Virus record (IMG/VR): IMGVR_UViG_3300042556_001602
Coordinates: 1 to 32,957 of that record
Length of the DNA stretch: 32,957 bases
Direction: 5' to 3' (one strand)
Source of the DNA: a virus
Lineage: Duplodnaviria; Caudoviricetes
Part shown: positions 1 through 9,848 of the stretch, in pieces
How positions within the stretch are numbered: the stretch's first letter is position 1
Layout of the letters: the number at the start of each line of letters is the position of its first letter
The notes under the pieces: generated by a model
What the model was told of the DNA's origin: nothing
The model's input: the letters and a program-made list of their open reading frames with translations, nothing else
Databases searched by the model: none
Program-made: the position numbers and the translations under genes

Positions 1-19
1 CATTAATAAAACACTTCCT

Positions 20-48
20 TTGATTTTTTTTAAGAGTAATGATATCAT
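20..48 (+). promoter_or_regulatory. sigma70/SigA-type promoter TTGATT-17-TATCAT (extended TG)
   Basis: Hexamers at 20-25 and 43-48 with 17-bp spacing, upstream of the ORF at 77. Confidence 0.5.
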
Positions 49-76
49 TGTACTAGAGTTTTAAGGAAGGGTCAAG

Positions 77-310
77 ATGTTAACTGTTCAAGAAGTTCAC
101 TTTTACACAGAACTAGCAAGTAAGGGCAAAGCCAATCCAATAAACTGTCCTTTTAACGAAGATATTATGGATCATGTAATAATATTAAAAGTTAAACAGT
201 CAGATGAGGTATACTTCGATTGCAAGACTTGTAATTCAACGTTCTCTCCAGGAACCAATGCTGAAAGAATTATTAAAGATACTATTGACAAATATAAAAA
301 TCAAGTATAA
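77..310 (+). CDS. small zinc-ribbon-like hypothetical protein
   Basis: 77 aa; CP...H...CKTC; AAGGAAGG RBS. Confidence 0.75.
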   Translation: MLTVQEVHFYTELASKGKANPINCPFNEDIMDHVIILKVKQSDEVYFDCKTCNSTFSPGTNAERIIKDTIDKYKNQV

Positions 311-445
311 ACTAGATGGGTGGATAGGGAGGGAATAGATTAAATATAATATATTAAATAATATAAAATATATTAAATACTATCCACATATATACATATA
401 TACATACATGACTTATATCACATTTTAAATAAATAATAAAAATCC

Positions 446-474
446 TTGATTTACTTAAATCTATGGGTTATACT
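446..474 (+). promoter_or_regulatory. promoter TTGATT-17-TATACT
   Basis: 446-451 and 469-474, AT-rich upstream, AGGAGG RBS before 511. Confidence 0.6.
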
Positions 475-510
475 AGAATAGTCGAAAAAACTTCTTCAAG
501 GAGGTAACTT

Positions 511-1020
511 ATGAAGAAAGCATATTCAGCATTATTGGCTTTTATTTTTATTGGTACTTATATTAATTATGTAGATAGACAGACTCCCTTGTATACCGCC
601 GAACCTTTGGTGGCTGTCTCAAAAGGACAAGCCACCTATAGTCCTTTAGAGGGGGTAATTACTGCAAGAGAATCTAACTCAGTTGTTGCTAGTCGTTCTA
701 GGGCACAATTTAATGATCCTAAATCTGAGTTAGCAGTTAAAGCCTATCAACACTATTTAAAAGAAAATATTCCAGCAAAAGAATTAAAGTGCTACTTTAA
801 ATTAGTAGATAGAGAAAGTCGTTGGAATCCAGTTGCTCAAAACCCAAAGTCTACTGCTTTTGGTATAGGGCAGTTTCTTAATAGTACTTGGGCTCTTGTT
901 GACTCTAAAAAGACTTCTGACCCATATGCTCAAATTGATGCAATGATTAAATACGTTAATTTGATTTATGGTGATGGATGTAAAGCCTTAGATTTTAGAT
1001 TATATAAAGGCTGGTACTAA
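511..1020 (+). CDS. membrane-anchored lytic transglycosylase (SLT/lysozyme-like)
   Basis: N-terminal hydrophobic segment; RESRWNPVAQNPKSTAFGIGQFL catalytic-Glu motif; C-terminal YG..C.A..F...GWY typical of actinobacterial SLT proteins. Confidence 0.85.
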   Translation: MKKAYSALLAFIFIGTYINYVDRQTPLYTAEPLVAVSKGQATYSPLEGVITARESNSVVASRSRAQFNDPKSELAVKAYQHYLKENIPAKELKCYFKLVDRESRWNPVAQNPKSTAFGIGQFLNSTWALVDSKKTSDPYAQIDAMIKYVNLIYGDGCKALDFRLYKGWY

Positions 1021-1535
1021 GACTTCTTTTTAAATATTAAAGAAGCATTACTAGTAGACCCTTGATTAAAGGCTCTATCATAGTATGTTTTATCTTTACT
1101 TGCTTTATTAGTAGGCTCTGCTTGATGTTTTAATATTTCTTCATACTCAGGATTAAAAAATTTAACTATTGCTTCCCCTATAATTTTTCCATATTTATCC
1201 TGATCAATAGAATCATTTTGTCTACATACATTTATAGTTAAAGTTAGATACTCTTTACTACTCCCATTATTTTGAGGGTATGAACTATTAATCAAATTAT
1301 TTCTAAAATTTTCAGTAATAGACTTACCTATATTAGATACAAATTCACTATCATCATAAATATATACAACTGGATCTTTACTACCTAATTGCCTTTCTTT
1401 ACCCAACTCTAGGGTAAGATCAGCCTGGGGCTGAAAAAGAGCCTTCCTGTGCCCGCTATGCCTCTTTAAGAAGTCTTCTATAGATATTGCTAAAGGGTTT
1501 AATTCTTCTAAAGCAGATATAAAGATTTTTGCCAT
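1017..1535 (-). CDS. hypothetical protein (probably leaderless)
   Basis: 172-aa ORF; TATAAT ends 6 nt before the ATG. Confidence 0.7.
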   Translation of the reverse strand: MAKIFISALEELNPLAISIEDFLKRHSGHRKALFQPQADLTLELGKERQLGSKDPVVYIYDDSEFVSNIGKSITENFRNNLINSSYPQNNGSSKEYLTLTINVCRQNDSIDQDKYGKIIGEAIVKFFNPEYEEILKHQAEPTNKASKDKTYYDRAFNQGSTSNASLIFKKKS

Positions 1536-1542
1536 GTATTAA

Positions 1543-2631
1543 TTATAACGCAAGAATCTTGTCAAATACTTCTTCCCAGTCAGCAGCCCTTGATTTCATA
1601 CTAAACTTTTCGGCTACTATCTGTCTATTTCTTTCTCTTTCTTCTTTTCTTGTTTTTGGGTTTAGTAGTTCTTCTGCATGCTGTAGCCATTCATTTTCAT
1701 CCTTTGCTATCCTACCAACACCTTGCTCTGCTAGATAAACATACTCAGGACTTGGGCTAGCAATGAAAGGAATACCTGCTGCGGTATATTCAAGACCCTT
1801 AATAAAAGACTTAGCATCATTAAATTCTATATTAGTTAAAGGAACTATACCAACATCAATTTTTCTAAATAATTCAGGATAAGTTAATATTGGTTTCATA
1901 GGTTCATGAGTAAAGTATTTTTTATCTAATCCTATTTGTTTATTTACCTCTGGAGCATTAATAATACTACCAGCATGATGAAACTTACAATGTTGTTTTT
2001 CTATAAATTTTCCAAAATATGGACTAAGATTTTCTAAATCACCACTACGCCAAGGAGTAGCACCAACCCAACCATATGTTGGCAAATGTCCAGAATGATC
2101 GTTTCTTGGTGTCCATCTATCTAAATCAATTCCATTCCTTACTAAAAATATTGGTTTATCTGGGTGCTTCTTTTCATAAAATTCTTTTAAGAAAGGTGTT
2201 GACGTAATTAAAGCAGTAGCCTTTTCTATAATTTTAAAATAATGCTCTCTATTATTATTTGGATTCTTTTGAGGATCTGTCATAGTATAAGCAAGATTAG
2301 TTTTAGCCAAACCTTCCATATGATCATCTAAATCAACAACTATTTTTTGTCCCATTGCAATTGCTTTATCTACTTGCTCTGCAACTTTTTCTAACATAAT
2401 TAATTTAAGAACAACAATATCCCAACCATGTATTGCTTGTTTGTCAGGAATTAATATACCAAACCCATGTTCATCGTTATACCCTGGCATACCCATACCA
2501 GATTCATATTTATCTTTTTTTAATTCTTGAAGTGGTAAATAACATCTATACCAAGCACATCCATTTGGTTGAATAGGCTTTAATCCAAAAGCCCAATCAT
2601 AGGTTAAAAATCCAATAGTAGGTCTACTCAT
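1543..2631 (-). CDS. GT-B (family 4-like) glycosyltransferase
   Basis: G..WYR..LP, VVDLDD, NGID, GWVG, FNDAKSFIKGLEYTAAGIPFIASP motifs. Confidence 0.9.
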   Translation of the reverse strand: MSRPTIGFLTYDWAFGLKPIQPNGCAWYRCYLPLQELKKDKYESGMGMPGYNDEHGFGILIPDKQAIHGWDIVVLKLIMLEKVAEQVDKAIAMGQKIVVDLDDHMEGLAKTNLAYTMTDPQKNPNNNREHYFKIIEKATALITSTPFLKEFYEKKHPDKPIFLVRNGIDLDRWTPRNDHSGHLPTYGWVGATPWRSGDLENLSPYFGKFIEKQHCKFHHAGSIINAPEVNKQIGLDKKYFTHEPMKPILTYPELFRKIDVGIVPLTNIEFNDAKSFIKGLEYTAAGIPFIASPSPEYVYLAEQGVGRIAKDENEWLQHAEELLNPKTRKEERERNRQIVAEKFSMKSRAADWEEVFDKILAL

Positions 2632-2637
2632 ATTTTA

Positions 2638-2883
2638 CTATTCGTGTCTCTGTGGAGGAAAAAACATTTCCCCATCATAAAACCATCCAGGATTTGGACC
2701 ATCTATAGAAAAGTCTCTTCCTGTTATATCTATAATTTTAGGATTACTTGTTAATATTGATCCTAATTTTTCATCAGCAATAAAAATCTCTGCTACTTCA
2801 TCTTCTACTACAAATGCCAATACTGTTTTATCTTTATATATTTCTTCACTAGAAAAGAATACTTGCTCTTCTTCATTTGACAT
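2638..2883 (-). CDS. hypothetical protein (virion-associated candidate)
   Basis: Likely start MSNEEEQ at 2883, overlapping the upstream stop; C-terminal GWFYDGEMFFPP motif. Confidence 0.7.
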   Translation of the reverse strand: MSNEEEQVFFSSEEIYKDKTVLAFVVEDEVAEIFIADEKLGSILTSNPKIIDITGRDFSIDGPNPGWFYDGEMFFPPQRHE

Positions 2884-3130
2884 TTTCAGTACCCCATTTT
2901 CCCAATGGACATTCAGCATGTGGTAATTTTGCCTTTAAGTTCATAACACATCCGCATTCTTTACATTGATGAGTAGCCTTAAATAGTCTATCACATCCTA
3001 AACAAATGTCAAGTCTTTTCTTAAAAGTATCGTCTGAAACATTTTGTATTTTAGGATTGATCATGTCCCAAGGACGTGCATAATCTCCAGGTTGTTTTTC
3101 TTTCCAAATTTCCCACTTTGACTTGCTCAT
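2873..3130 (-). CDS. Cys-rich small protein (DUF6171-like)
   Basis: RLDICLGC...QCKECGC.M..K......CPLGKW. Confidence 0.75.
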   Translation of the reverse strand: MSKSKWEIWKEKQPGDYARPWDMINPKIQNVSDDTFKKRLDICLGCDRLFKATHQCKECGCVMNLKAKLPHAECPLGKWGTENVK

Positions 3131-4002
3131 TATTGCTCCACTAAGTTTATATTAGTAACTACTGATGATAATAGGTAGGTACTTCCAGGGGTAAAAATTA
3201 TACCAGACTTATATCCTTTGTTAGGATTTACAGCGGTATAAGATATAGCAGTTCCATAAAAATTGTTTGCATCATCTCTTGCTCTTACTGTTATAACATC
3301 TCCAGATGTTGAAACCTGAATACCATTTATATTATCGGTACTTCCAACGGTACAAGGAGAATTATTAGAAGTAACACTGCATAAACTTCTTAACAAAATA
3401 TTAGTAACTTCAGATATAGTGCCATTCTCTGCTTTAAATAATTTTACATAAAACTTATATCTTTGTCTAGTTCCAGGACAAGCATAACATGTAGTTCCTC
3501 CACCTTGAGGTTCGCAACACCCTTGAGAACAACAACATTGGGTTGGTCCAGATTGGCAACCACATTGAAACGCTCCAGGGTTTCGACAAAAATAACTCCA
3601 AGGGTTTGTTGTTACACAACCACAATTAATAATATCGGTTGAGTATCCTTCACTTTCAGATGTATAAAAGGTAGTTGCAGCCCACCAATTGTTTTCATCA
3701 ATTAACCAAAATGCAAAACCAGGTCCAGCAGAAGCAAGAGATATTGTTGAAATTACGTCAGTTGCTCTAGAGTCAAAATTAGATAAAATTGGATAATTAG
3801 ATGCACTAGTAGGTGTTGTTAGTTGATTACTTGAGACTGACCACGTTGAAGATCTGAGGGGTACAAAATAAGAATTTAATAAAGTAAAATTGTCACTATA
3901 AGAAGGATTAAGATCTTTAAAGGAATTACCAGTAACTCTTTTTGATAATTTTTTATTTGATAATGTTGTTCTTTTTACAACACTATTAGCACCGATTCTC
4001 AT
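3130..4002 (-). CDS. putative virion protein, beta-rich with a Cys-rich insert
   Basis: Start at 4002 preferred (AAAGGTGA RBS); central segment with about a dozen Cys. Confidence 0.7.
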   Translation of the reverse strand: MRIGANSVVKRTTLSNKKLSKRVTGNSFKDLNPSYSDNFTLLNSYFVPLRSSTWSVSSNQLTTPTSASNYPILSNFDSRATDVISTISLASAGPGFAFWLIDENNWWAATTFYTSESEGYSTDIINCGCVTTNPWSYFCRNPGAFQCGCQSGPTQCCCSQGCCEPQGGGTTCYACPGTRQRYKFYVKLFKAENGTISEVTNILLRSLCSVTSNNSPCTVGSTDNINGIQVSTSGDVITVRARDDANNFYGTAISYTAVNPNKGYKSGIIFTPGSTYLLSSVVTNINLVEQ

Positions 4003-4031
4003 AGTATCACCTTTTACCAATTATAGCAGAA

Positions 4032-4054
4032 AAGGGGCAGATTTCTCTACCCCT
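4032..4054 (-). terminator. rho-independent terminator
   Basis: Minus strand AGGGGTAGA-GAAA-TCTGCCCCT followed by TTT, just after the 4075 ORF. Confidence 0.6.
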
Positions 4055-4074
4055 ATCTGTTTTAATATTACTTA

Positions 4075-4326
4075 TTATTTCTTTTTAGTTGATGCTTTCT
4101 TAGCAACTTCTGCTACTGCACCGATACCAAATTTGGCATCTTTTGGATTAACTGCACGGATTACTACCCATGTTGCTGCAGCAACTGCTGAATTTAGGAT
4201 TGTTCCTAAAGCATCACCAGTTAGAGCGGTTAAGTCGGCACCTGAGTCTACAAATTGAGTTACAAGTGCAATTACAAAAGCATTAAGTGCTGAACTTAAT
4301 ACCTTTTTATTTAGTACTGATTCCAT
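4075..4326 (-). CDS. holin-like two-TM membrane protein
   Basis: Two hydrophobic helices, RAVNPKD..FG motif, basic C-terminus; own terminator. Confidence 0.6.
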   Translation of the reverse strand: MESVLNKKVLSSALNAFVIALVTQFVDSGADLTALTGDALGTILNSAVAAATWVVIRAVNPKDAKFGIGAVAEVAKKASTKKK

Positions 4327-4382
4327 TAGTCCTCCTTTAAGAACTTATGTATATAATACAGGAATATCAGGTAATTGTCAAG

Positions 4383-4700
4383 TTATGTTAGTTCTAATCC
4401 AGATATATGCATTGCTACCTGAGCAGACGCACTTGCTGCTACTCTAATGATGTTGCCAGTTTCTAATAAAGTTTTAGCATCTATAATTACAGAATCTTTT
4501 GCTGGAACTGTTGTTCCTGATGCTAGTGGGATATCTGTTATTCCATTATATAAGTTTATTGTAAAAGTTCTTGCTGAAGCATCTTGATTAGCAACAACTA
4601 TATTTGTAATTAAAGTTTTAGTAGCACCTGGTACTGTATAAACAGAACTAGCACTAGTTGGTGCAAAACCTCTAAATAATGCTTTGAATGTACTTGCCAT
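4383..4700 (-). CDS. small beta-sandwich tail adaptor protein
   Basis: YTVP...TLITNIVVAN...VPAKDS...ISGLELT; paralogous to 9325-9660. Confidence 0.7.
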   Translation of the reverse strand: MASTFKALFRGFAPTSASSVYTVPGATKTLITNIVVANQDASARTFTINLYNGITDIPLASGTTVPAKDSVIIDAKTLLETGNIIRVAASASAQVAMHISGLELT

Positions 4701-4709
4701 TTTATCTCC

Positions 4710-5372
4710 TTAAAGCCCTAGCAATGCTAAAACTTCTACCTCTCCTATTCTATCACCTAAACTACCATGTGACTCTAAATTTTCCCAAGTTGATCCATTA
4801 AATACCGATAATGAATTGCTATCTTGTAAATATGCTACTAGCCCTTCTGCCCCTAAAGTTGGTGAGGAAATAGCGGTATCCCTAGCACTTGAATCAGCAA
4901 AAATATTAACACCCTCTTTTATAAGAGCATATCCATCGGTGGTTATACTAGTAGTTACTGATAAATCTCCAGTTATATTTAAATCATCACCTAAATTAAT
5001 ATCTCCGTTAACAGTTAAATTATTATTAACAGTTAAATCATTTGTTACGGTTAAATTATTTGGTGCAATAATATTATTAGGAAGACCTACAGTTACAAAG
5101 CCAGCAGAAGAGGATGTAGTTATTTGGTCTAAGGTTCCACTAATTGTTAGTACAGCACTGGCTGCAATATTAGCCAAAAATTGTTGATATGACTTTATGT
5201 GACCATGAATACTATCTGCTGCTGGAATATCAGAATTTCCATCAAAGTTTTCTACACCAAAATGATAGGCTAAAAATGCTTCTCTAATATTAGCAGGATC
5301 AGTTAATTGAGGAATTAAAGTATCAAACTCTGTTGCTGGGTAGTTACCAGCAATACTAATTAACTCAGCCAT
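4710..5372 (-). CDS. tail fibre-like protein
   Basis: LTVxNx beta repeats; FADSSARD...EGLVAYLQD..L.VFNGSTW motif; hydrophobic C-terminus. Confidence 0.75.
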   Translation of the reverse strand: MAELISIAGNYPATEFDTLIPQLTDPANIREAFLAYHFGVENFDGNSDIPAADSIHGHIKSYQQFLANIAASAVLTISGTLDQITTSSSAGFVTVGLPNNIIAPNNLTVTNDLTVNNNLTVNGDINLGDDLNITGDLSVTTSITTDGYALIKEGVNIFADSSARDTAISSPTLGAEGLVAYLQDSNSLSVFNGSTWENLESHGSLGDRIGEVEVLALLGL

Positions 5373-5393
5373 TTATTCACCATTCTCATTATA

Positions 5394-6707
5394 TCAAGCC
5401 TGAACCTTATCGCGAAGTAAACATTTTACATCTGCTGGCAAAGTACCAGCGGTAGGAATAATTATAAATAAATTTAAAATTTTTGATCCACCAGAATTAC
5501 TTGAAAAAAAAGCACCTATTGTAGTTGATATAAAAGCACTAGAAACAGTTGCATATTCATTACTAAAATAACTAGTTTCATTATGAGTTATCATACCCTT
5601 TATATATTTATGTTGATTATTTTGAGATACCTGAACCGCAAAATCAGCACTTCTATAAATTTCAGCATCAAAAGTTCCTATAAGAACAGAACCAGATGAG
5701 TTTACGGTAACTTCAGTTAAATCAAGTTCATCAAAATTAAAATCAGTAACAAGGTCTCCTATATCTAATGTTATCTGTGCTCTAATATCATTTTCTGAAA
5801 CTAAGTATAATTCTTCAGGGGCATTAAGTGGAACACTAAAATCTATATTACCTGTATCTATTCCATTGTTTACTACACCACTAGTCCAAGCAGAGGCTGT
5901 TCCAGAAATAGGAAATTCTTTAATCCAAGCATTATTTAATGGGGTATCTACAATAAATCTATAAGATAATCCTCTTAGTAATTCTAATCTAGTACCAGTA
6001 TTTTTATACTCAACACCATCTACATAATAAACATCTGGTGTACCAAAATCAAATGCAACTGATCCTGAAGAAATATAATATCCAACAGATCCAGATGATG
6101 GATTAATTTCTATATCATGAATATCAAAAAATGTTGTTTCAGAACTTTCACCAGCAGGACCTTGATCACCTTGAATACCTTGAATTCCAGTTGGACCTTG
6201 TGGACCTTGTGGACCTGCTGGACCTGTTGCACCAGTTGCCCCAGTTGTTCCAGTTGGACCAGTTGCTCCAGTTGCTCCTGGTGGAATAATTAAATTAAGA
6301 ATTGCACTTCCAGATGTTCCAGTAAAGTAAGCACTTGCTGTAGCACCACTTGTTACACTGCCAACTGTAATGTTTGTAAATGGTCCTGCTACTCCTTGTT
6401 CACCTGGTAAACCTCTTAAGCCAGATTCTAAAATAAATTCCCATTGGCTATCATCTCCAGGAACTGCGGTATATTGATAAATAGAGCCATAATCTAAATC
6501 AACAGTGTTACTATTAATAAATAAATCACCAATTATAGGTGTTTCGTTTAAAAATACTACACTACCTGCACCAGTAGGTTCTCCAGGACCAGCAAAGACA
6601 TAACTACCACGATCGCCTTTTGGACCAATGTCAACTTGTAAATCAATAGATGATGGAGGTCCGATTACCGTAATTTCATCTGTGCTAATAACAGGACTAA
6701 TAGCCAT
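5394..6707 (-). CDS. collagen-repeat tail fibre protein
   Basis: GXY repeats ([13 protein letters not shown]...GPQGPQG). Confidence 0.8.
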   Translation of the reverse strand: MAISPVISTDEITVIGPPSSIDLQVDIGPKGDRGSYVFAGPGEPTGAGSVVFLNETPIIGDLFINSNTVDLDYGSIYQYTAVPGDDSQWEFILESGLRGLPGEQGVAGPFTNITVGSVTSGATASAYFTGTSGSAILNLIIPPGATGATGPTGTTGATGATGPAGPQGPQGPTGIQGIQGDQGPAGESSETTFFDIHDIEINPSSGSVGYYISSGSVAFDFGTPDVYYVDGVEYKNTGTRLELLRGLSYRFIVDTPLNNAWIKEFPISGTASAWTSGVVNNGIDTGNIDFSVPLNAPEELYLVSENDIRAQITLDIGDLVTDFNFDELDLTEVTVNSSGSVLIGTFDAEIYRSADFAVQVSQNNQHKYIKGMITHNETSYFSNEYATVSSAFISTTIGAFFSSNSGGSKILNLFIIIPTAGTLPADVKCLLRDKVQA

Positions 6708-6709
6708 AA

Positions 6710-7063
6710 CTACTCTCCAGTTCGTTTAACGTCTTGATTAACGTTTAGTGATCCAGTTAAAATTGTATACACTGTAGAAGACGATGCTTTTGTAATTTCA
6801 AGATCATAAACATATGATGAACCAGTTAATTGATTACCAAATGTTGGATTAATTTTGCAAGTAATGCTATCAGTAGATCCGTTAACAGAAGCGGTACCAA
6901 ATCCAATAAATTTAGTTGCATCTCCTCTTTCGGTTGCTATAATAAATAAACCAGTATAGCCTGCTAAATCAAATGAACTACCGTCTGGATTTTTTGGGTT
7001 AACAATAAAATCATATTGATCTCCACGATAGTAAGCAATATTATAAGTTGCTGGAAATGCCAT
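6710..7063 (-). CDS. Ig-like/BppU-N-like structural protein
   Basis: RGD...DLAGYT...YVYDLEI...ILTG; paralogous to 23858-24208. Confidence 0.7.
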   Translation of the reverse strand: MAFPATYNIAYYRGDQYDFIVNPKNPDGSSFDLAGYTGLFIIATERGDATKFIGFGTASVNGSTDSITCKINPTFGNQLTGSSYVYDLEITKASSSTVYTILTGSLNVNQDVKRTGE

Positions 7064-7089
7064 TTAATTCACCCTTCTTAATTATATCA

Positions 7090-7338
7090 TTACCAACCAA
7101 TTATATTTCCATTTTCATCTAATGGGTTTTCTGAAAAAGACTCGGCTGGAGGTAAGAAATTGTCATCTTCTTCTAAATATAGATATCCTGGCATAGCGTA
7201 AAATTTTCTAGGGGTATCTATATATGTTTCTACCCATCTTCCACCAAATGTATCAGTTAAATATTGTGCATCTGTTGCTTGTGTTACAAATTTAACAATA
7301 TTTTCATTATCTAGCAAAGCAAAAAATTTAGCACTCAT
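7090..7338 (-). CDS. small protein associated with Gly-rich fibre genes
   Basis: FALLDNENIV...WVET...RKFYA.PGY.Y....D.F.PP. Confidence 0.7.
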   Translation of the reverse strand: MSAKFFALLDNENIVKFVTQATDAQYLTDTFGGRWVETYIDTPRKFYAMPGYLYLEEDDNFLPPAESFSENPLDENGNIIGW

Positions 7339-8342
7339 CCTGTATTCTCCCTAATTATAATAATACCAGAACCGCCTTTTCCACTACCTCCGCCACCACC
7401 ACCACCAGTATTTTGAGTTCCTGCAGATCCAGCATTTCCACCACCACCTAAACCTCCAGTTCCTCCGCTACCAGAACCAGCACCTCCTCCACCTCCACCA
7501 AATATGCAAGATGCTACAGCAGAACTAGAATTTACAAAAGTTTCACCCAATATATATCTTAAATCTACGCCATTTGCTCCATTTCCACCAACTGTTGTAC
7601 TTACAGAATTACTTCCAAATTCTTTACAACTTCCTCCACCCCCACCAGAATTTGTATTTCCTCCCCCACCTTGAAATCCAAATCCTGGATGAACATATTT
7701 AGATGGAGAATCAGTACGCGTACGACTTGCAAGTGGGTGAAATATTCCTCTATCTGTTGTTCCAGTACCAGAACCAGAGCCACCACCAGAACCAAAACTA
7801 AATCCATGCTCTCCTGTTGGTCCACCACCACCACCACCTGGAGAAATTAAAACTCTAGCATTTCCTATTCCTTGAAAGTTAGCAGTTGAAGCATTCCAGT
7901 TACTACTTGAGATAGTAGTTGAACCATTTCCAAAAGTGTTGGTTGGACTAAAAAATGTTGATTGACCCTGTGCACCAAGTGTAGTATTAGAACCATCCCA
8001 GTTTCCAACATTTCCACCTGTTCCACCATCTCCAATATAGTAGTACCAAGTATTTGTATCTCCAACAAAAAATTTTTTAATATAAGTTACTGCTCCACCG
8101 CCACCACCGCCACCAATTGAACTACCGCCACCACCGCCACCGCCTACTAAAATAATATCTATATAATTAACATAAGGTGGTTTTGTCCATACAGATGCAC
8201 CACTACCACCAATTGGGGTTATTAAAAATTGTGGACTACCTAACCCACCAGAAACATTTCTATAATTTGATCTTATATTTCCAAATGTTTGATTACTATC
8301 AATTGAATGTATGTAACTTGTATTTACTCTTCTTATACTCAT
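7335..8342 (-). CDS. glycine-rich domain virion protein
   Basis: VGGGGGGG...GGGGG...NTGGGGGG..GGSGIIIIR. Confidence 0.8.
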   Translation of the reverse strand: MSIRRVNTSYIHSIDSNQTFGNIRSNYRNVSGGLGSPQFLITPIGGSGASVWTKPPYVNYIDIILVGGGGGGGSSIGGGGGGGAVTYIKKFFVGDTNTWYYYIGDGGTGGNVGNWDGSNTTLGAQGQSTFFSPTNTFGNGSTTISSSNWNASTANFQGIGNARVLISPGGGGGGPTGEHGFSFGSGGGSGSGTGTTDRGIFHPLASRTRTDSPSKYVHPGFGFQGGGGNTNSGGGGGSCKEFGSNSVSTTVGGNGANGVDLRYILGETFVNSSSAVASCIFGGGGGGAGSGSGGTGGLGGGGNAGSAGTQNTGGGGGGGSGKGGSGIIIIRENTG

Positions 8343-9322
8343 AATGAATAGTGTTCCCTATACCCTGCTATTCCAGATCCACCAGCAAGCCCAGCAGCGT
8401 TAGCACCACCAGGTCTTCCACTGCCACCACCTCCAGTATTGGTTGCTCCAGCATTACCTGATGCAGCACCACCAAAAGCAGTAGCACCTGTACCATTACC
8501 TCCAGCACCCCCACCACCATATGCTCCAGAAAATGGACTTAATAAATTTCTACCTGCACCACCAGTTTGATTAGTTGTTCCAACGCCCGCACCACCACCA
8601 GCACCGCCAGTTCCACCAACTCCTCCACTGTCTTGACCACCTCTTCCTCCAAATCCAGTATACTGTTGTCTTGCATTATTAGTATGTGGATCAGAACCAA
8701 TAATTAATCCATAAAGAAATTGCTCTGCTCTATTTGATCCCTGACCACCAGCAGTTGCAGTCCAAAATCCAGAACTTCCACATGGGTGTCCACCACCTCC
8801 ACCACCTGGTGCCACTAAACTTCTTCTTAAATCAGTATTATCAATACCAACTAAATTTGTTTTAGTATCATCACTAAAAACATTTGTAAGAGGTGTAAAA
8901 AATGTTGGCATTCCATTAAATCCCCATGCATTACAACAACAACTACTATTTGATGCTTCTGAACCACCACCAGCACCTATAATAAAATGCCATGTATTAT
9001 AATCACCAATATAAAATTTATTAACTTGTACTACCGCTCCACCACCGCCTCCACCACCTCTTCTTCCTCCGTTAGAAGATGATCCACCGCCACCGCCTCC
9101 ACCACCACCAACTAAAAATATATCAAGAAAATGAACATTGCTTGGTCTATTATATGTTGTTGTTGTTATGAGTGTTACTACTGATCCAGTAAATGTTGGT
9201 ATATACCCAGCAGATACTTTTTTATATGAATGATCGTTTAAATAATTTCTACCGTCAGTAAAACCTGTATCGGCATTATTTATACCAGACAACACTGATG
9301 CCTGTGCACGTCTGATCGACAT
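8339..9322 (-). CDS. glycine-rich domain virion protein (paralogue of 7335-8342)
   Basis: Same MSIRR start and Gly-rich architecture. Confidence 0.8.
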   Translation of the reverse strand: MSIRRAQASVLSGINNADTGFTDGRNYLNDHSYKKVSAGYIPTFTGSVVTLITTTTYNRPSNVHFLDIFLVGGGGGGGGGSSSNGGRRGGGGGGGAVVQVNKFYIGDYNTWHFIIGAGGGSEASNSSCCCNAWGFNGMPTFFTPLTNVFSDDTKTNLVGIDNTDLRRSLVAPGGGGGGHPCGSSGFWTATAGGQGSNRAEQFLYGLIIGSDPHTNNARQQYTGFGGRGGQDSGGVGGTGGAGGGAGVGTTNQTGGAGRNLLSPFSGAYGGGGAGGNGTGATAFGGAASGNAGATNTGGGGSGRPGGANAAGLAGGSGIAGYREHYSL

Positions 9323-9324
9323 TG

Positions 9325-9660
9325 TTAACTTATTTCTGTTCCAAAAACAGATACAGATATAGCACTATTTGTTCCAGATGCCATTATATATTTACCAGCC
9401 TGCATTGTAATACCTAGTGTCAGTGTCACTGTATCATTTGCAGGCACTGTAGAACCAAAAACTATAAATTCAGATGAAGAAGGTGCTGTTGATCCAGATA
9501 CTGCAAGTCTATAAGTTTGAGCACTTGCTGTTTGATTACATACTACAATTGTTGAAACAATCCAAGATCTTCCAGTAGCAACTGGACCAGCAATTGTGTT
9601 ATAAGTTGTGATAGCACCAGCAGTATTTGCTTGTCCTAAAATTCTATAATTTACAGCCAT
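9325..9660 (-). CDS. small beta-sandwich tail adaptor protein
   Basis: Y.ILGQ...IVSTIVVCNQ...VPANDT..LTLGIT...FGTEIS. Confidence 0.75.
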   Translation of the reverse strand: MAVNYRILGQANTAGAITTYNTIAGPVATGRSWIVSTIVVCNQTASAQTYRLAVSGSTAPSSSEFIVFGSTVPANDTVTLTLGITMQAGKYIMASGTNSAISVSVFGTEIS

Positions 9661-9840
9661 TTATGCCCCCATCAATAAAAAAGGATGAACCATGTTATCT
9701 ACATAAGTTTTTGTAGCGGCATCCTGATCTACTAGCGGCTCTGCTAATCCCTTAACAGTACCACCAAACTGACTAATTCTAATTGAAGAAACCTCAAATG
9801 GGTTCTCTGGGTCATTATGCGTTGAGTAATCTAATGGCAT
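9661..9840 (-). CDS. 59-aa mini fibre protein (absent from the ORF track)
   Basis: Manual translation MPLDYSTHNDPENPFEVSSIRISQFGGTVKGLAEPLVDQDAATKTYVDNMVHPFLLMGA; GGAGG RBS; DAATKxYVD fibre motif; fills the gap exactly. Confidence 0.8.
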   Translation of the reverse strand: MPLDYSTHNDPENPFEVSSIRISQFGGTVKGLAEPLVDQDAATKTYVDNMVHPFLLMGA

Positions 9841-9848
9841 AATGCCTC

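Noticed and set aside
340-445. AT-rich ATATAC-like microsatellite as a functional repeat
   Set aside because: Low-complexity intergenic DNA with no defined unit; at most an UP element.
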